From Phoronis australis (Eukaryota; Animalia; Phoronida), in assembly GCA_002633005.1 (NCBI GenBank), contig NMRA01000181.1, forward strand, positions 320,959 to 384,958: a stretch of DNA of 64,000 bases, in the 5' to 3' direction. The translations under genes were made by a program, and so were the position numbers. Positions 49,777 through 61,819 of this stretch are shown here, in pieces. The notes below the pieces were generated by a model. It saw nothing but the letters and a program-made list of their open reading frames with translations. It searched no databases and was not told the origin of the DNA. Numbering within the stretch: position 1 is the stretch's first letter; each line of letters starts with the position of its first letter.

Positions 49777-52700
49777 GTGAGTAGCTTGTAGCTCTTTTTC
49801 TTGCTTCTTTTCTTTTTGGGTTATTAGGAGTTTTGCATCAGCGTGGTGGCCCATGCTTTGCTACTGTCAGCAGTTAAACGTACCTCGATGCACGATTTGC
49901 TCGTGTTGACAGTCCAGAATTCTGGGTATTTTGTTGGAATTAATGTAATGTAATCGTCACAAATGTTTTGGAAGTATCATTCAAACGACACATTCAATTA
50001 TATTGTCAAAGACACCCATTTTTGGGGGATTAGTTTGAATGGAATTTGTTTTTTGAAGTTATTGCGTTAAAGCACAGTAGTAAAACATCGACACCAGTTG
50101 TGTCTCCGTGCCTGAATTTGGATACGCGGATTCCACACAAAGGATTCCAGTCAACGGTATCTAAAATTGAAACCTCTGATGGTGTTTCTCATAACATTTT
50201 CTTTCTTTTTGACAGTCCCAATGGCTCGTTTCAATCTATTATTGCGTAGCGAACCTAGGTACTATGCAAAGCGTACCCTGACCTGACAGCAAAAATACTC
50301 ACAAGGGCGTTGTTTCACGGTAAAAAGGATTGTTTGACAGGAGGCTCACAAATTTAGAATACCGGAGGTCACTTTCGACGATTGTTTACAACATCTGACA
50401 ACAGAAAGTTCTCAAGCCAATGTTTCGGAAATGTGCAACTTATTGGCCAAAATTGTGCAAAAGAACCTTTAAGCATTTTGCATGCTCTGAATTTCCTTAA
50501 AGTCATTCGCTAATTAAATTCACTTCCCACCACAAAGACCATTTACTAAAGGAAATTAATGAAATGTGTTTCAAATTTGATTATCATAATAAAATAGAAT
50601 GGACGATAGTTTAAGATACATTGAGGATGGACTTCTCAAAGTTTCAAATGTCTTTTGCTGCAATAATGTTGCAAGTAACATATGTTCTTATAAATTACGT
50701 ACTTGCTGACTTTGAGAAAGGAAATGATTTCTTTCGGAAACATTTTACAAGTGTTACGTGAAAATTTATCTCTTTCATTTAAGTAGCTGATACATACTTT
50801 TGCCGCCGGTAACGGAGACTGTTCAAAGTTACTGTCATCGGCCATTCTTTGCTTGCTTCTCGCACTGACGCGATATTTCTCAAAAAGGATAATTCTCGTA
50901 TTTTCAAGTGACGTAATTGCGTTTGAATATCCATGCGTTAAGACTTGTTTAATTGGGTTGAGGAAGCATTGCTACGTCTCTGGATTGTTCAATGAGTCCA
51001 GAAAACAAATTTCCTTTCTAGCAAGGATTTAAAACGTACATGTCAAGGAATTGAGAATTTTAGCTCGATAATCGCTGCTTGAGCATGCTCGATGTACCGC
51101 AGAATGCACAAGGCCACCAGCCTATTTTTATCCAGTGCCTGAAATCCAACTTTAATTGGATCTCGCAATTTAACTTTAAAGTGGGATTTGCACGCTAATT
51201 CTGCATGCAATTTTCGATAATAGTGCAATTTTTAAAGTGGAGGCTTCAAAATACACACCCGTTCATCAGGCACGCAAATTAAAGGAACTTTGCTAGTAGG
51301 AAACGTCGACCTTTTGTACTTGGTTGCAGCCTTTGGACGATACGATATGTTTTTTCAAGTGTTTGATGACGTATCTGCCACTAACTTGATTGACGTGAGT
51401 TAGACCCACCAAAAACGATAGAAATGGACAGTCACATCACATTTTTGAAAAAATGTTGCAGGTCTTGGACTTGATCGATTGAGATGAACACGAGAACAGT
51501 TTATGACTCGAACTTTTTACGAAGTTATATCTTTCTAGGATTAACAGGTGTGCTATGACAGCAATTGCACCCACTGTATGCTCCCGGTGAGTTGAGAAGG
51601 ATTAGGAATGTCCGGGTCCATGGCCAAGCAGTAATTTCGAAGTACTTTGCAAATTACAGCGCTACGTAATTCTGCCCTGATTATTATTATTTTTTATTTT
51701 GGCTTTTAATTGAGGCTCGGTATGCGAAAACTGGTCAAGTATATCTTTTAAACAAAGCCTGATGAAAGTACCATCTCGCAACGACTACCACAGATTTTCT
51801 CAATTTCGCCTGGGAGTGAATTTCCAAAAATATCACAAAATTTACGATTTTTGAAATACGCGCGTAAGAAAAATACTGTAATCATCACAGAGTTTCTAAT
51901 TTCCCTCCCACGTACACGTATGATGTTAATAAGGCAGTCATTCGACAATCAGCCGACTGACAAGTTGGACACTAAAGGCCTAATACGGTTTCAAAATGAC
52001 TATTTTTATATACAAAATATACATGTATGTCTTGATGAAAAACATCAGCATACGTTGTCATAGTATACCCCAGTTGTAAATTAAGTAGCCCATCACGAAC
52101 CCCATTTAGCGCCAGAAAACCTTAGACGGCACTCACACCAATCGAAGTCAAAGACAGCACAGACACAACGAATTTGGCTTTCACTGGGTCCATCATATTG
52201 GTCTGGCCGTTTAATGTAGTGTAAAATGACGGAAAAACATTAATTGATCATTCCATGTCAATTAATATTCAAATTGATCAAAATCATTACCTTGAGAATT
52301 TTTTATTCAATTAATTAGCACACGTTCTTATATGGGCCCATATGGAAATCCTCGGGAGGAGGACTGGGGTCCTCTAAACAGTAGTAACAACAAAACGCTT
52401 CGTTCGCATTGTTAACAAGCAATTTCACAATGTTTATTATAAAGTTTGCTTGATGGAAAAATTTTGAAGTTAGGAGGTTTGCGTTCATGTCTTTTTGAAT
52501 CTAAAGGTGTGAACGCTGTGCGATTCTGATACCGGCTGCTGCCGAGTTTGTGTTCCGTATTGGAATCGCCGACAACAAGCCTTTTAATTTGGTGAAAAAT
52601 ACGTGGAAAAGTTACATCACATTTATTAACTTAATCTTTTCGTACAAACAAATGGTATTCAAATTCATCGAGAATTTCATATTAGAAAGCTAATTTTCAA

Positions 52701-53199
52701 ACATTTCTTCTTGAAATTCTGCAACCCGTAGTCACCGCCATTTTGAATATAGACTCGGTCAACCTTGCACAAAGGTTGAAAATTTAATAGCAAAACAACA
52801 TTGTGAGTATCCGTAATATATTAAAACTACGAAAAAAGTCTCAATTGCATGAAAACATACTGAGTTATAATTAGGATTTGTATTCAACCACAAACTATAT
52901 TCCGATATGGGCCACACGTTTCAGAATTCCGGAATCGGCCCAAATCAAACTACCGGTATTCTGATTTGTGCCGGATTCCCGATACGGGCCGGAACAGTAA
53001 CACGAAACGTCAAAGTGCGTACTGCAGGTCGTGTAGCCAGCCAGTTCACTGTTTGAAGACTATCGTCAAAATACAGCTAGGTACCACTTAGCCAGCTAGC
53101 TGGGTGAAAACTATCGTCAAAATACAGCTAGGCACCACTGTGTGTTCAGCGGCGACAGATCTCGAAATTGCAAACAGCCAGGGTAGTTCTCCTTGTAAC

Positions 53200-54800
53200 C
53201 TCGCCGTGAAACTTGTATCAACATGTAGACTTGACGGGCTGCATGCAAAATCTGGAAGTCAACCGACACTGACCTTGCCGTTAGGCTACAACTGTTTAAG
53301 TGAAAAACCGGATGCAACAAAAGTACTTTCCATGCGTAATTCTCCACCTTTTGTAAAAATGAAATATGAGTATGTCGTTGTTTTGTATATATATATATGT
53401 AAATAAAACAAAAAAATGGATCAACTGAAATGTTGGGATATAATGACATCCTTCGTCAACAGAAACAGAAATACAGTAAAATCAAACACCATATGACAAT
53501 TGACATTTAAGAAGTGGCGTAATGAATATTATATCCGAAAGTTTGATTTGATCCATTCTTGTTGTTTTATTTACATTTATATATTCTACATTTCGTGAAA
53601 CAATAGTATCCTTGAGAGGATCTGGATCGCCTTATTTAGTTTCAGATTTATTTTCCTCGTTGTTTTGAAAACAATACGCTAGTGCCACACGCACGCGCCA
53701 TTTCCTAAAATTTTGCGACATCTCTCGCGAGATGATTACAGCTTTGCAGCATCAGAACATTTTGTTGTGAATTCGGTTTACTGGTATCAAAATTTTAAAA
53801 ACTTATAACTAAGTGAAACCAATTCCGATAATTTGTAGTCACGTGAACGTAACCTCGTGAAAGAACAACAGTTTTTTGAAGAAGCGGCGAAAAAGGAAAC
53901 TGACCAATAGGTGACGCAATATTTCATGGCGCCGAAAGTTGACGCAGATGATCGCTGCACAACTTTAGCAAAAGAATAATGGTAGAACGCCAATTTTTCC
54001 AGAACCGTTAAAACTTAGTTTACTCAAGGAAGAGTGAAGTTTTGAATTACACTTATTTTGTGTCAGATTTGATCTGGTCAGTTTTTTACACGCATCGACG
54101 TAAAGCTTTATATTTAGTATACAGCTTTGAGCCATGGCTACATGTAGGTGGTGTGTTAATCTCCGTTAGACCATGGTTAGACCAGGAAATTTCATACAGC
54201 CCGGGTATGAGTTCTGCTTGTCAACTTGTCCTAAAACTAATATCGTAAAGCCAACGACCAACGGAGTTGCAAACAAAATCTGGGAATCAGTTCCGACACT
54301 CATCTTGCCCGTTGCAGCCGTTTAAGTGAAAAACAAACAAGTAAACGTCATTTTGTAGCAAAATTATGCGCCTTTTGAAGAAAAGTTTGTCGTCGTTTTG
54401 AAAACAGTACGCACGCGCGATTTCCTAAACTTTTGCAACATCTCTTGGGAGATGATGACAGATCCGCAGCAACAAAGTTTGTTCTAAAATTCGGTTTACT
54501 GGTCTTAAAAAACTAAAAACTTGTAAGGAAATGAAACCAGTTGTGATAATTTGTTGTGACATGTACGCACCCTTGTGGCAGCGACGAACATTTGATAGAA
54601 AAATAATGTGGAAAAAACAAACCGGTCAAGGTTAGGTGACGTAATCGCCGAAAGACCACCCAAATAAGTGCACTGCAATCTCAGCAGTAGATGGACGGTA
54701 GAACGCGAATTTTCCAACACCGGTAAATAATTTAGTTTACTCAAAGAAGATGTCGTTGGTCATTTTTACCCACATCGGTGCAAAGCTTTAGATTTTGTAT
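53200..54800. repeat. Degenerate local duplication of intronic sequence
   Basis: Blocks at ~53660-54110 recur at ~54390-54800 (tttcctaaa..acatctct..gagatgat..attcggtttactggt..ttagtttactcaa); ~53240-53360 resembles ~54270-54370. Confidence 0.65.
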
Positions 54801-55225
54801 CCACTTTTGTACCAAGTCTAGATTAGATCTTGCTGATCGGGAATTTTGTCGCCAGTCCTTGTCGTAGATACAAGTCTATTCCATGCACGGCACATGACGG
54901 GATCGGGGGGGAAGTTGCTCAAATGTATGTCAAGGCCGCTTGCACCCGTACGCAACGTGGCACTTTAGCCCAGAGATGGATAACTGACCTGCGTCCAACA
55001 AATGACACTCAGCTGTTACACATTGAGGCTTGGGGGAAATTTCGTTGGCACGATGATGTCATATTTGCCACTTTACGCTGATTGGTTGAGAATTTCTCGG
55101 GGGCGCTTGAAGAGGGTACGAATTATGGACATTGTAATTTACGTTGCAATTAATTACTCTTTGGGGTATACAAGAAACGAAAATAATAGTTTATCAATAA
55201 ATGCTAAGACTTGTATTTCTGGTAA

Positions 55226-56527
55226 AACTACAAATATAATATTACTAAGTCTGAAAAAGATGGCCTCACAAATCTCGCTAAAAACAAAGAAATCATAATT
55301 AAACCAGCTGATAAAGGATCAGCAGTTGTTATAATGGACAAGCAGAAATATATTGACGAGGCTCTCCGACAACTTAATGACACAGCATACTACAAACTTT
55401 TAGATAATAACCCCAACACAAAACATATCAGCCTTATAACTAAAACTATTTTGAATGCTTTCCATTTAGGTCACATTGACAAAGACACCAAAAACTACCT
55501 CATTCCTAATGATGCTCAACCTAGTCGCTTTTATCTCCTTCCAAAAATCCACAAAGAAGGTAATCCTGGGCGCCCAATTATAGCCAGCAACAACTGCCCT
55601 ACAGAAAAAATTTCTCAGTTTGCCGACTACCATCTTCAGCAATTTGTCCCCACCCTTCCTTCATATGTTAAAGATACGAATCATTTTCTTAATATAATTA
55701 AAAACACCAGTGATTTACCTAAAAATGCCCTTCTCGTAACTCTTGATGTTAAAAGCTTATACACTAATATTCCTCAACATGAAGGCATAGAAGCCTGTAC
55801 CAAGTTTCTTAGTCAACGTAATAATCCTAATGTACCTACATCTTTTATTCGCTCTCTTCTTGAACATGTACTTACCATGAATCATTTTACCTTTAATAAT
55901 AATCACTATCTCCAAATATTAGGCACAGCCATGGGAACTAGGGTTGCTCCTACCTTTGCTAACCTCTTTATGGGAAATCTTGAAAACAGNNNNNNNNNNN
56001 NNNNNNNNNNNNNNNNNNNNNNNNNNNNNNNNNNNNNNNNNNNNNNNNNNNNNNNNNNNNNNNNNNNNNNNNNNNNNNNNNNNNNNNNNNNNNNNNNNNN
56101 NNNNNNNNNNNNNNNNNNNNNNNNNNNNNNNNNNNNNNNNNNNNNNNNNNNNNNNNNNNNNNNNNNNNNNNNNNNNNNNNNNNNNNNNNNNNNNNNNNNN
56201 NNNNNNNNNNNNNNNNNNNNNNNNNNNNNNNNNNNCAATATTATTTACCTTATAACTTGTAAAAAATGTTCTATCCAATACGTAGGACAAACTCAACATA
56301 ATCTACAAACTCGGTTTCGTAATCATAGATTTAACATAATACATAAAAACATTTCTGATACTGTAGGTAATCATTTCAATTCCAAAAACCATAATATTCA
56401 AGATCTTTCTGTACAAATAATAGAAAAACTCCAACACCCCAGTACCCCTCACAGACTTAAAAGAGAACAATATTGGATAGACAAACTGAATACAATAGAA
56501 CCTCATGGATTGAACATAAAAACTTAA
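55226..56527 (+). mobile_element. Penelope-like retroelement (RT + GIY-YIG endonuclease), 5'-truncated, with an assembly gap
   Basis: IIIKPADKGSAVVIMDK, FYLLPKIHKEGNPGRPI, LVTLDVKSLYTNIP, GTAMGTRVAPTFANLFM, then NIIYLITCKKCSIQYVGQT..RFRNHR..REQYWI..PHGLN. Confidence 0.93.
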
Positions 56528-57741
56528 AATATGTCATTGAATTTTTTACGCAAAAATGTATCATTTTCATTACACCATATCTTATATGTCAATTGTCATT
56601 TTGTGTTTGATTTTACTTTATTTCTGTTTTTGTTGATAAAGGAAGTTGTTACCTCCGAAAATTTCAAATTTCAGTTGATCCATTCTTGTTGTTTTATTTA
56701 CCGATTTATAACGGCAGATTATCATGTGTGATCGCACTCCAAATCTGAGGTCGACAGCAACGTATGAGACAAGCCAGGGTGGCAAGCAATTTTCCAAAAA
56801 TGATTCCAAGTGCAATTTAAAATATGTTTGCATAACTTTATAACTATTTTCAAACAGTTAGGACTTACATCAGTTGCCTTTTTAATCGGCTGACCGTTGC
56901 TGGAAGTCGCCATTGTTTTATTTACCTCAAAGATCAAAGATCTATACTATATATTTGGAGACGTGCTTTGCCTCGTGGGAGAAAAATCCACGAAATGACG
57001 ATCAGTTGACAGATCGTTCTTTTTAAAATTTGAAACTAAAAGAAAAATGCTTTGACGTCAACAGAAATTCAAATTTTTACGAACAAACCTTAAAAAGTGA
57101 GCAGATTCAATTCTGTTTCAGTGGCAGAGAACCACTTTAAATAATGCAATTCAGACGTTTTTTGCGTTCCAGACCTCTTTAAATTTAGTTGACTGGGTCC
57201 AAATGTTGAAATGATTTCATATTAAATAAGTGAATTGTCTTATTTCCCTCAAACAGTAGGCTGTTGAGTCCGGTCTCCACATTATACTCGATTTAACATT
57301 GGGTGCATGAATGTGGAGATCAAATTTAAACTTTGTCCTGTCGCATTTTTCTGCAGGCAATCGAGTCTTTCGATACGCCCGATGGGATATTTTTCCGAAG
57401 ATACACCCAGGGAGTACATTTGCAAAGAACATGTACAGTTCAATCCTAAAACCTTTCCAATTGCATAGAAAAACGGATGTTAAAACCGTAACCAAAGTAA
57501 TTTTTCGATACTAAACTCTTACTTAAGGTTACGGTAATACATCTTAATGTTTATCGAGTCGCTTGGTTTCAATTTCCACGCCAACTACATTTTTGCCACA
57601 CCCAAGCGTATTTTTGCCCTACTAACTGTACACTGGATTTGACTTTTGGACCATAAACTGATACTCTCTGAAAATATGCCTCCGGGCTTGTCAGCAGTTT
57701 CAGCAGAAAACTAAGGTAACGATCACCATTAATGTTTCCAG

Positions 57742-57801
57742 GTGACCACAGCACTCCAGGTACTGCTACGCTACCGACTAATGCCAACATCACAGCCGAC
57801 A
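57742..57801 (+). CDS. 60-nt phase 1-1 exon of paralog 2: (G)DHSTPGTATLPTNANITAD
   Basis: tgtttccag| acceptor, |gtaagt donor, open, T/P/A-rich with an NIT sequon. Confidence 0.7.
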
Positions 57802-58746
57802 GTAAGTTGTTACTCTTCTATTTTGCTATTGAGAAACTTGAATCCATTGGCGTCTATTTAAATGACTCGTGGCAAGTGCTACCCGCAACACTCGGGCTTA
57901 TAAGCCGCAATCTCCAAGAAAAATAAATACGTATAGTGTACAGAAAAACTGCGCAACCGTCTCTCTCACAAGTAGGTGTAACCGAAAGCTTTGTTTGCGT
58001 TATCAACAAAACTGAAAATTAGTTGACTAGCAATGGTAAGTTGCAAAAATAGAGAATTAAATATCTTTAAATGTTTATTTTTAAATAACACTCCTTGCGA
58101 CAGTTTATTTTGTTTTTATCTTTGCCGGCACTGTATCTAGATTATACAGGGCGTCCTAAACATAATGGCGCTCTAGTTTGTTGAAATGAGAACCCACTGC
58201 AAATGAACGCATGGACGAGCAAGGAAATGGTTTATAAGATACTGCAACTTTCCATGAGTCATTTCTGGTTCCAAAAAGTTAAAACGTATACGTGTTATAT
58301 TATTTCATTCGAAATGTCCATCGCCAACGAGACACATCGCATTTCAATCATTGCATTTCTGATCTTGTAGTGACGTGACGATGTAAAAAAACCAATGTTT
58401 TTCTACAGAAAAGCATGCTCAAACCATGTTGGCAAGGGTGTGAATCTGGCAGGATGCTACGAGTTTTAACACATTTTATTGCTAAATGTTATCATTCGCA
58501 CTCGCATTTGCTATTAGAATGTGAGTTTGGGCCATCTTCGTAGTAGCAACTGGTCATTAGACGTACACGTATACTTGCTGTTGCCAGGAACTTTCATGGA
58601 ATTATGTGACTCAGATCTTGATTTGCAGGCATTCCAATTAGCCTGTCACTACTTTGGGGACAACAAGGTACTAAAGTATTGTAAAGTTTCGTTGTCTTAG
58701 AGACTTAGACTCTGGTCTTCTTTTTCAAAGAAATGAATTGTTGCAG

Positions 58747-58971
58747 AGTGTAATGCAGTGAGTCATCCAAACGCCATCGCCAACCGGAATGGAGTTGTGG
58801 ATAATGGTACGACAGTGACATACACGTGTTCCAGTGGATATATAACCAGGGTGGGAAAGACGAAATACGTTCTCGTGTGCATCGGACATGACATATGGAA
58901 CAACAAAGTGAATCAGTGTGAAAAGATAACCACGCCCAACCCAGCGTCTAGTTCAGCCGCCCCAGCAAAAG
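58747..58971 (+). CDS. Sushi/CCP-domain exon of paralog 2
   Basis: ttgcag|..|gtatgc, 225 nt, phase 1-1: CNAVSHPNAIANRNGVVDNGTTVTYTCSSGYITRVGKTKYVLVCIGHDIWNNKVNQCEKITTPNPASSSAAPAK. Confidence 0.85.
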
Positions 58972-59692
58972 GTATGCAGCCCAGTTGTACATGATTGTTC
59001 GTTCTCTTTGATTACACAGATTACGAGGTCGAGAACACTATGTCAGCTAGTTGTTTAGGCTACGCACGCCGGCTCCTAGCCAATCGTCATATTTAAGTAC
59101 AAAATATTTGTCTGGACGTTTCCTGTACTTTCAATACGTCAATATTCAGTTTGCTTGAAATATTGATGGACAGATAATATTCTAGTGCACGACAATTAGT
59201 ATAAAACCCTACAGTCGAAGAAAGTCTGGGACCTCCAAACCACTTCTTCAGAAAAACACAGTTGAAGATTCCCAAACTTCTCGCCACGACTACTGTTTTA
59301 CGAGAAGTACTTGACTACCAGTAATTCCTGAGTAGATCTCTACCACACTTGGCGAAATTACTGGAAAATTCAAAGGCGACTGCGTGGGGGTACTTATTGC
59401 TTTTCAAGATTACCGGTATTACAAGAAACTGGCTTATAGCAGGCCGTTCACATGAGACAGTTTCACTCGGCCGAAAATGATAGCATACAGAAAAATAAAT
59501 TATCCGAGAAGGGGTAAGCCTCGACAACAATTGGATTGTTTCCTTTTTAAGCGATGAATGGTGTCAAAACAGCTCTCTGTCATATAGTGATCGGTTTGCA
59601 TTCAAATTCACGCATGCAGATGGATATGCTTTGTTACACTGGCATAGATTCCAAATTGTGTTGACTTGCTCTAATACTTCTTTGATTCTCAG

Positions 59693-60000
59693 CCAGCAAC
59701 TCCTTGACAACTATCCTGGTCGCCTGCGGTTGCGTTGTCTTCGTCGTCATTTGCGTCATTGTCGGCACATGCGTTGTCATGCAGAAGAAGAGGAAGCAGC
59801 AAGGGCCCAAGGGCCTCACCAAGCAACAGCCGGTCAATTTAGACAGTCAACCGGCTAACCCAAGTATACAGGCTGCTGGTCTCACTGTTGCAACGACCGT
59901 AGGTGCATTATCCAACGAGTTTCCGACTACGCATACCGTCTCGTCTGCCATATCGACTGAAGCTTCGTCCGCATCTACTGCCGACGAGTCAGTGGTCTAA
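59693..60000 (+). CDS. Terminal exon of paralog 2: TM helix, basic stretch and tail ending DESVV
   Basis: ttctcag| acceptor; (A)SNSLTTILVACGCVVFVVICVIVGTCVVMQKKRK...TADESVV*; same length as the paralog 1 exon (308 nt). Confidence 0.85.
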
Positions 60001-60666
60001 AAATATGAGTTGGTGCTGTAATACGGTCGTTTTAAAGTGACATACCACTTTACGGAGTTTATTTAAAACTCCTCTGGGGGATCCTGGAACATTTGCTAAC
60101 TTTTTGAGGCTGTCTTCCAGTTCCGATCCCTTGTGGACTTTATTTTATACTGTTTATGTTTACGGATCTTTGATATTCAAATTTAATCTATATTTTTGGA
60201 CTGCTGTCTCCGCTTGTTGACCTTTGAGTTGAGTTTTACCACAAAGAGAAGTTAAGAACATGGTTTATACTTCCAGAAGTTGACTTACATCACAAATTCT
60301 GTCAAGCATTGGGTAAATAATGTCAAATAGCATCGTAAGTGCGGAAACTTAGTGAAAAAATCAGCGAATGTCGAAATTATTTCGTACGGCATGTACTGTT
60401 TCCATTCTGAATAAAATATTTCGCTGAATTCTTCGATTTGTTTTGTTTCCACTCAAGGTGTTGCTTTACATTGCGTGTTGCCATTACACAAGTTCTGCGC
60501 AAAACCAGCAACATCTCCGCCAGCTGAGATCACTTCAGTATCAGCAGTTAAGTCTGTCACGACCGCATTAGATAGTTCTCGGGGAGCGCAGAACTTCACT
60601 AATCTGTTGTCGACATTACAATGCATTAAATGATTTATATTTTTTCAAGTTCAAGTCCTACACCAA

Positions 60667-60968
60667 TGTATTATTTCGATGCTCGGATGTGACGCATTCC
60701 AATAACTATTGAATCTAAGCGGCCATTAGAAGATATCACAATACGACAGGCGGTTTTGTGGCAAATTAGGAGTGCCGGTACTGGTCGCCCATGTTTAACG
60801 GATGGAAGGTGATTTTNATGTATTATTTCGATGCTCGGATATGACGCATTCCAATAACTATTGAATCTAAGCGGCCATTAGAAGATATCACAATACGACA
60901 GGCGGTTTTGTGGCAAATTAGGAGTGCCGGTACTGGTCGCCCATGTTTAACGGATGGAAGGTGATTTT
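60667..60968. repeat. Recent tandem duplication (~151 bp x2)
   Basis: atgtattatttcgatgctcggat...ggatggaaggtgatttt repeated with about one mismatch. Confidence 0.9.
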
Positions 60969-61819
60969 CCAACATCCACACAATTCGATGGTTTTCACGA
61001 TTTTTCGAAGCAGGCTCACCCCAAGACCCGTCACTCACTTCCAGTCAATAAACACAGTCTATCTGATTCAATCTTTGTTATTGATATATTGAGCGACTTT
61101 TGAGAAAGACATTAAATATGTTATTTCCTTCATATTCACCAATTTAGAACACAGGATGAATTTTGTCTGTCTAGAGACAAGACTAAAATATAAACATATA
61201 GTAAGTTAAACTAAAATTTAAACTAAAAAGTTCCTGTCAATTTCACTTAAGTTTAAAAATATTTGGAGTTGTGTTAAATGAGCACTATTTGGGCTTCATT
61301 TTCGACTGAACTAGCTTGCTTTAAAATCAGCGTTATGAAAATTAATCCTAAACAAAACAAAATGACGAAAACCCCTATTGCATACCAGAAGTGAACGCAA
61401 TGGACTGAGACGAAAACATTACTAATTGGAGACGATAAGGAAGAGCCATAAAGCCAATTAAAAACGCGTTTGAAGCAATATCCTACCTGAGGCCATCGTC
61501 TGTAAAATTTGATTTTTGACTTTTTATTAATCTACCAATAATTGGGTTACATGACTATTGTTAGGTATTCCCGCTAGGGGACAGAGTGCCTGTTGGTCTG
61601 CCACGGCGTACGGACGTGAGCGATAAATTGTTAGCTAGACACTGATGCTGGACATTCAATTTTTTTGTCCATATGCCGTCGAACTACTGAGCAAGTTTTG
61701 TTGATGTGGTGAGCGTTTTCAACTATGTAGACATCTACGCCTGCCGTTGTGCGAGGAAACTCGTCTGTAACATTTGGTGAAAGCTGTGGACTACGTGGGG
61801 ACAACAAGGTGATGATCAC

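Larger units (their letters stand above)
38520..50790 (+). repeat. Degenerate tandem array of ~1.08-kb exon+intron units carrying micro-exons, interrupted by nested TEs
   Basis: Recurrent blocks (cagaaagctctcaagcc, ttcacttcccatcacaaagaccatttactaaa, aggttgcaagtaacata, gtagttcaagatatattgagg) at ~38.5, 39.8, 45.5, 46.5, 47.0, 48.0, 48.7, 49.3 and 50.4 kb; exon-to-exon spacing 1076 and 1077 bp in intact units. Confidence 0.9.

Noticed and set aside
38520-50790. Reading the tandem units as a leucine-rich-repeat or other long coding repeat (e.g. minus-strand IFPPNAF)
   Set aside because: The frames I translated on both strands are broken by stops and indels; only the 30-nt spliced segments are constrained.
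51548-51586. 39-nt ag..gtgagt segment as another micro-exon
   Set aside because: In-frame TGA in phase 1, and the context (ctgtatgctccc..gagttgag..attattatt) looks like a SINE 3' end.
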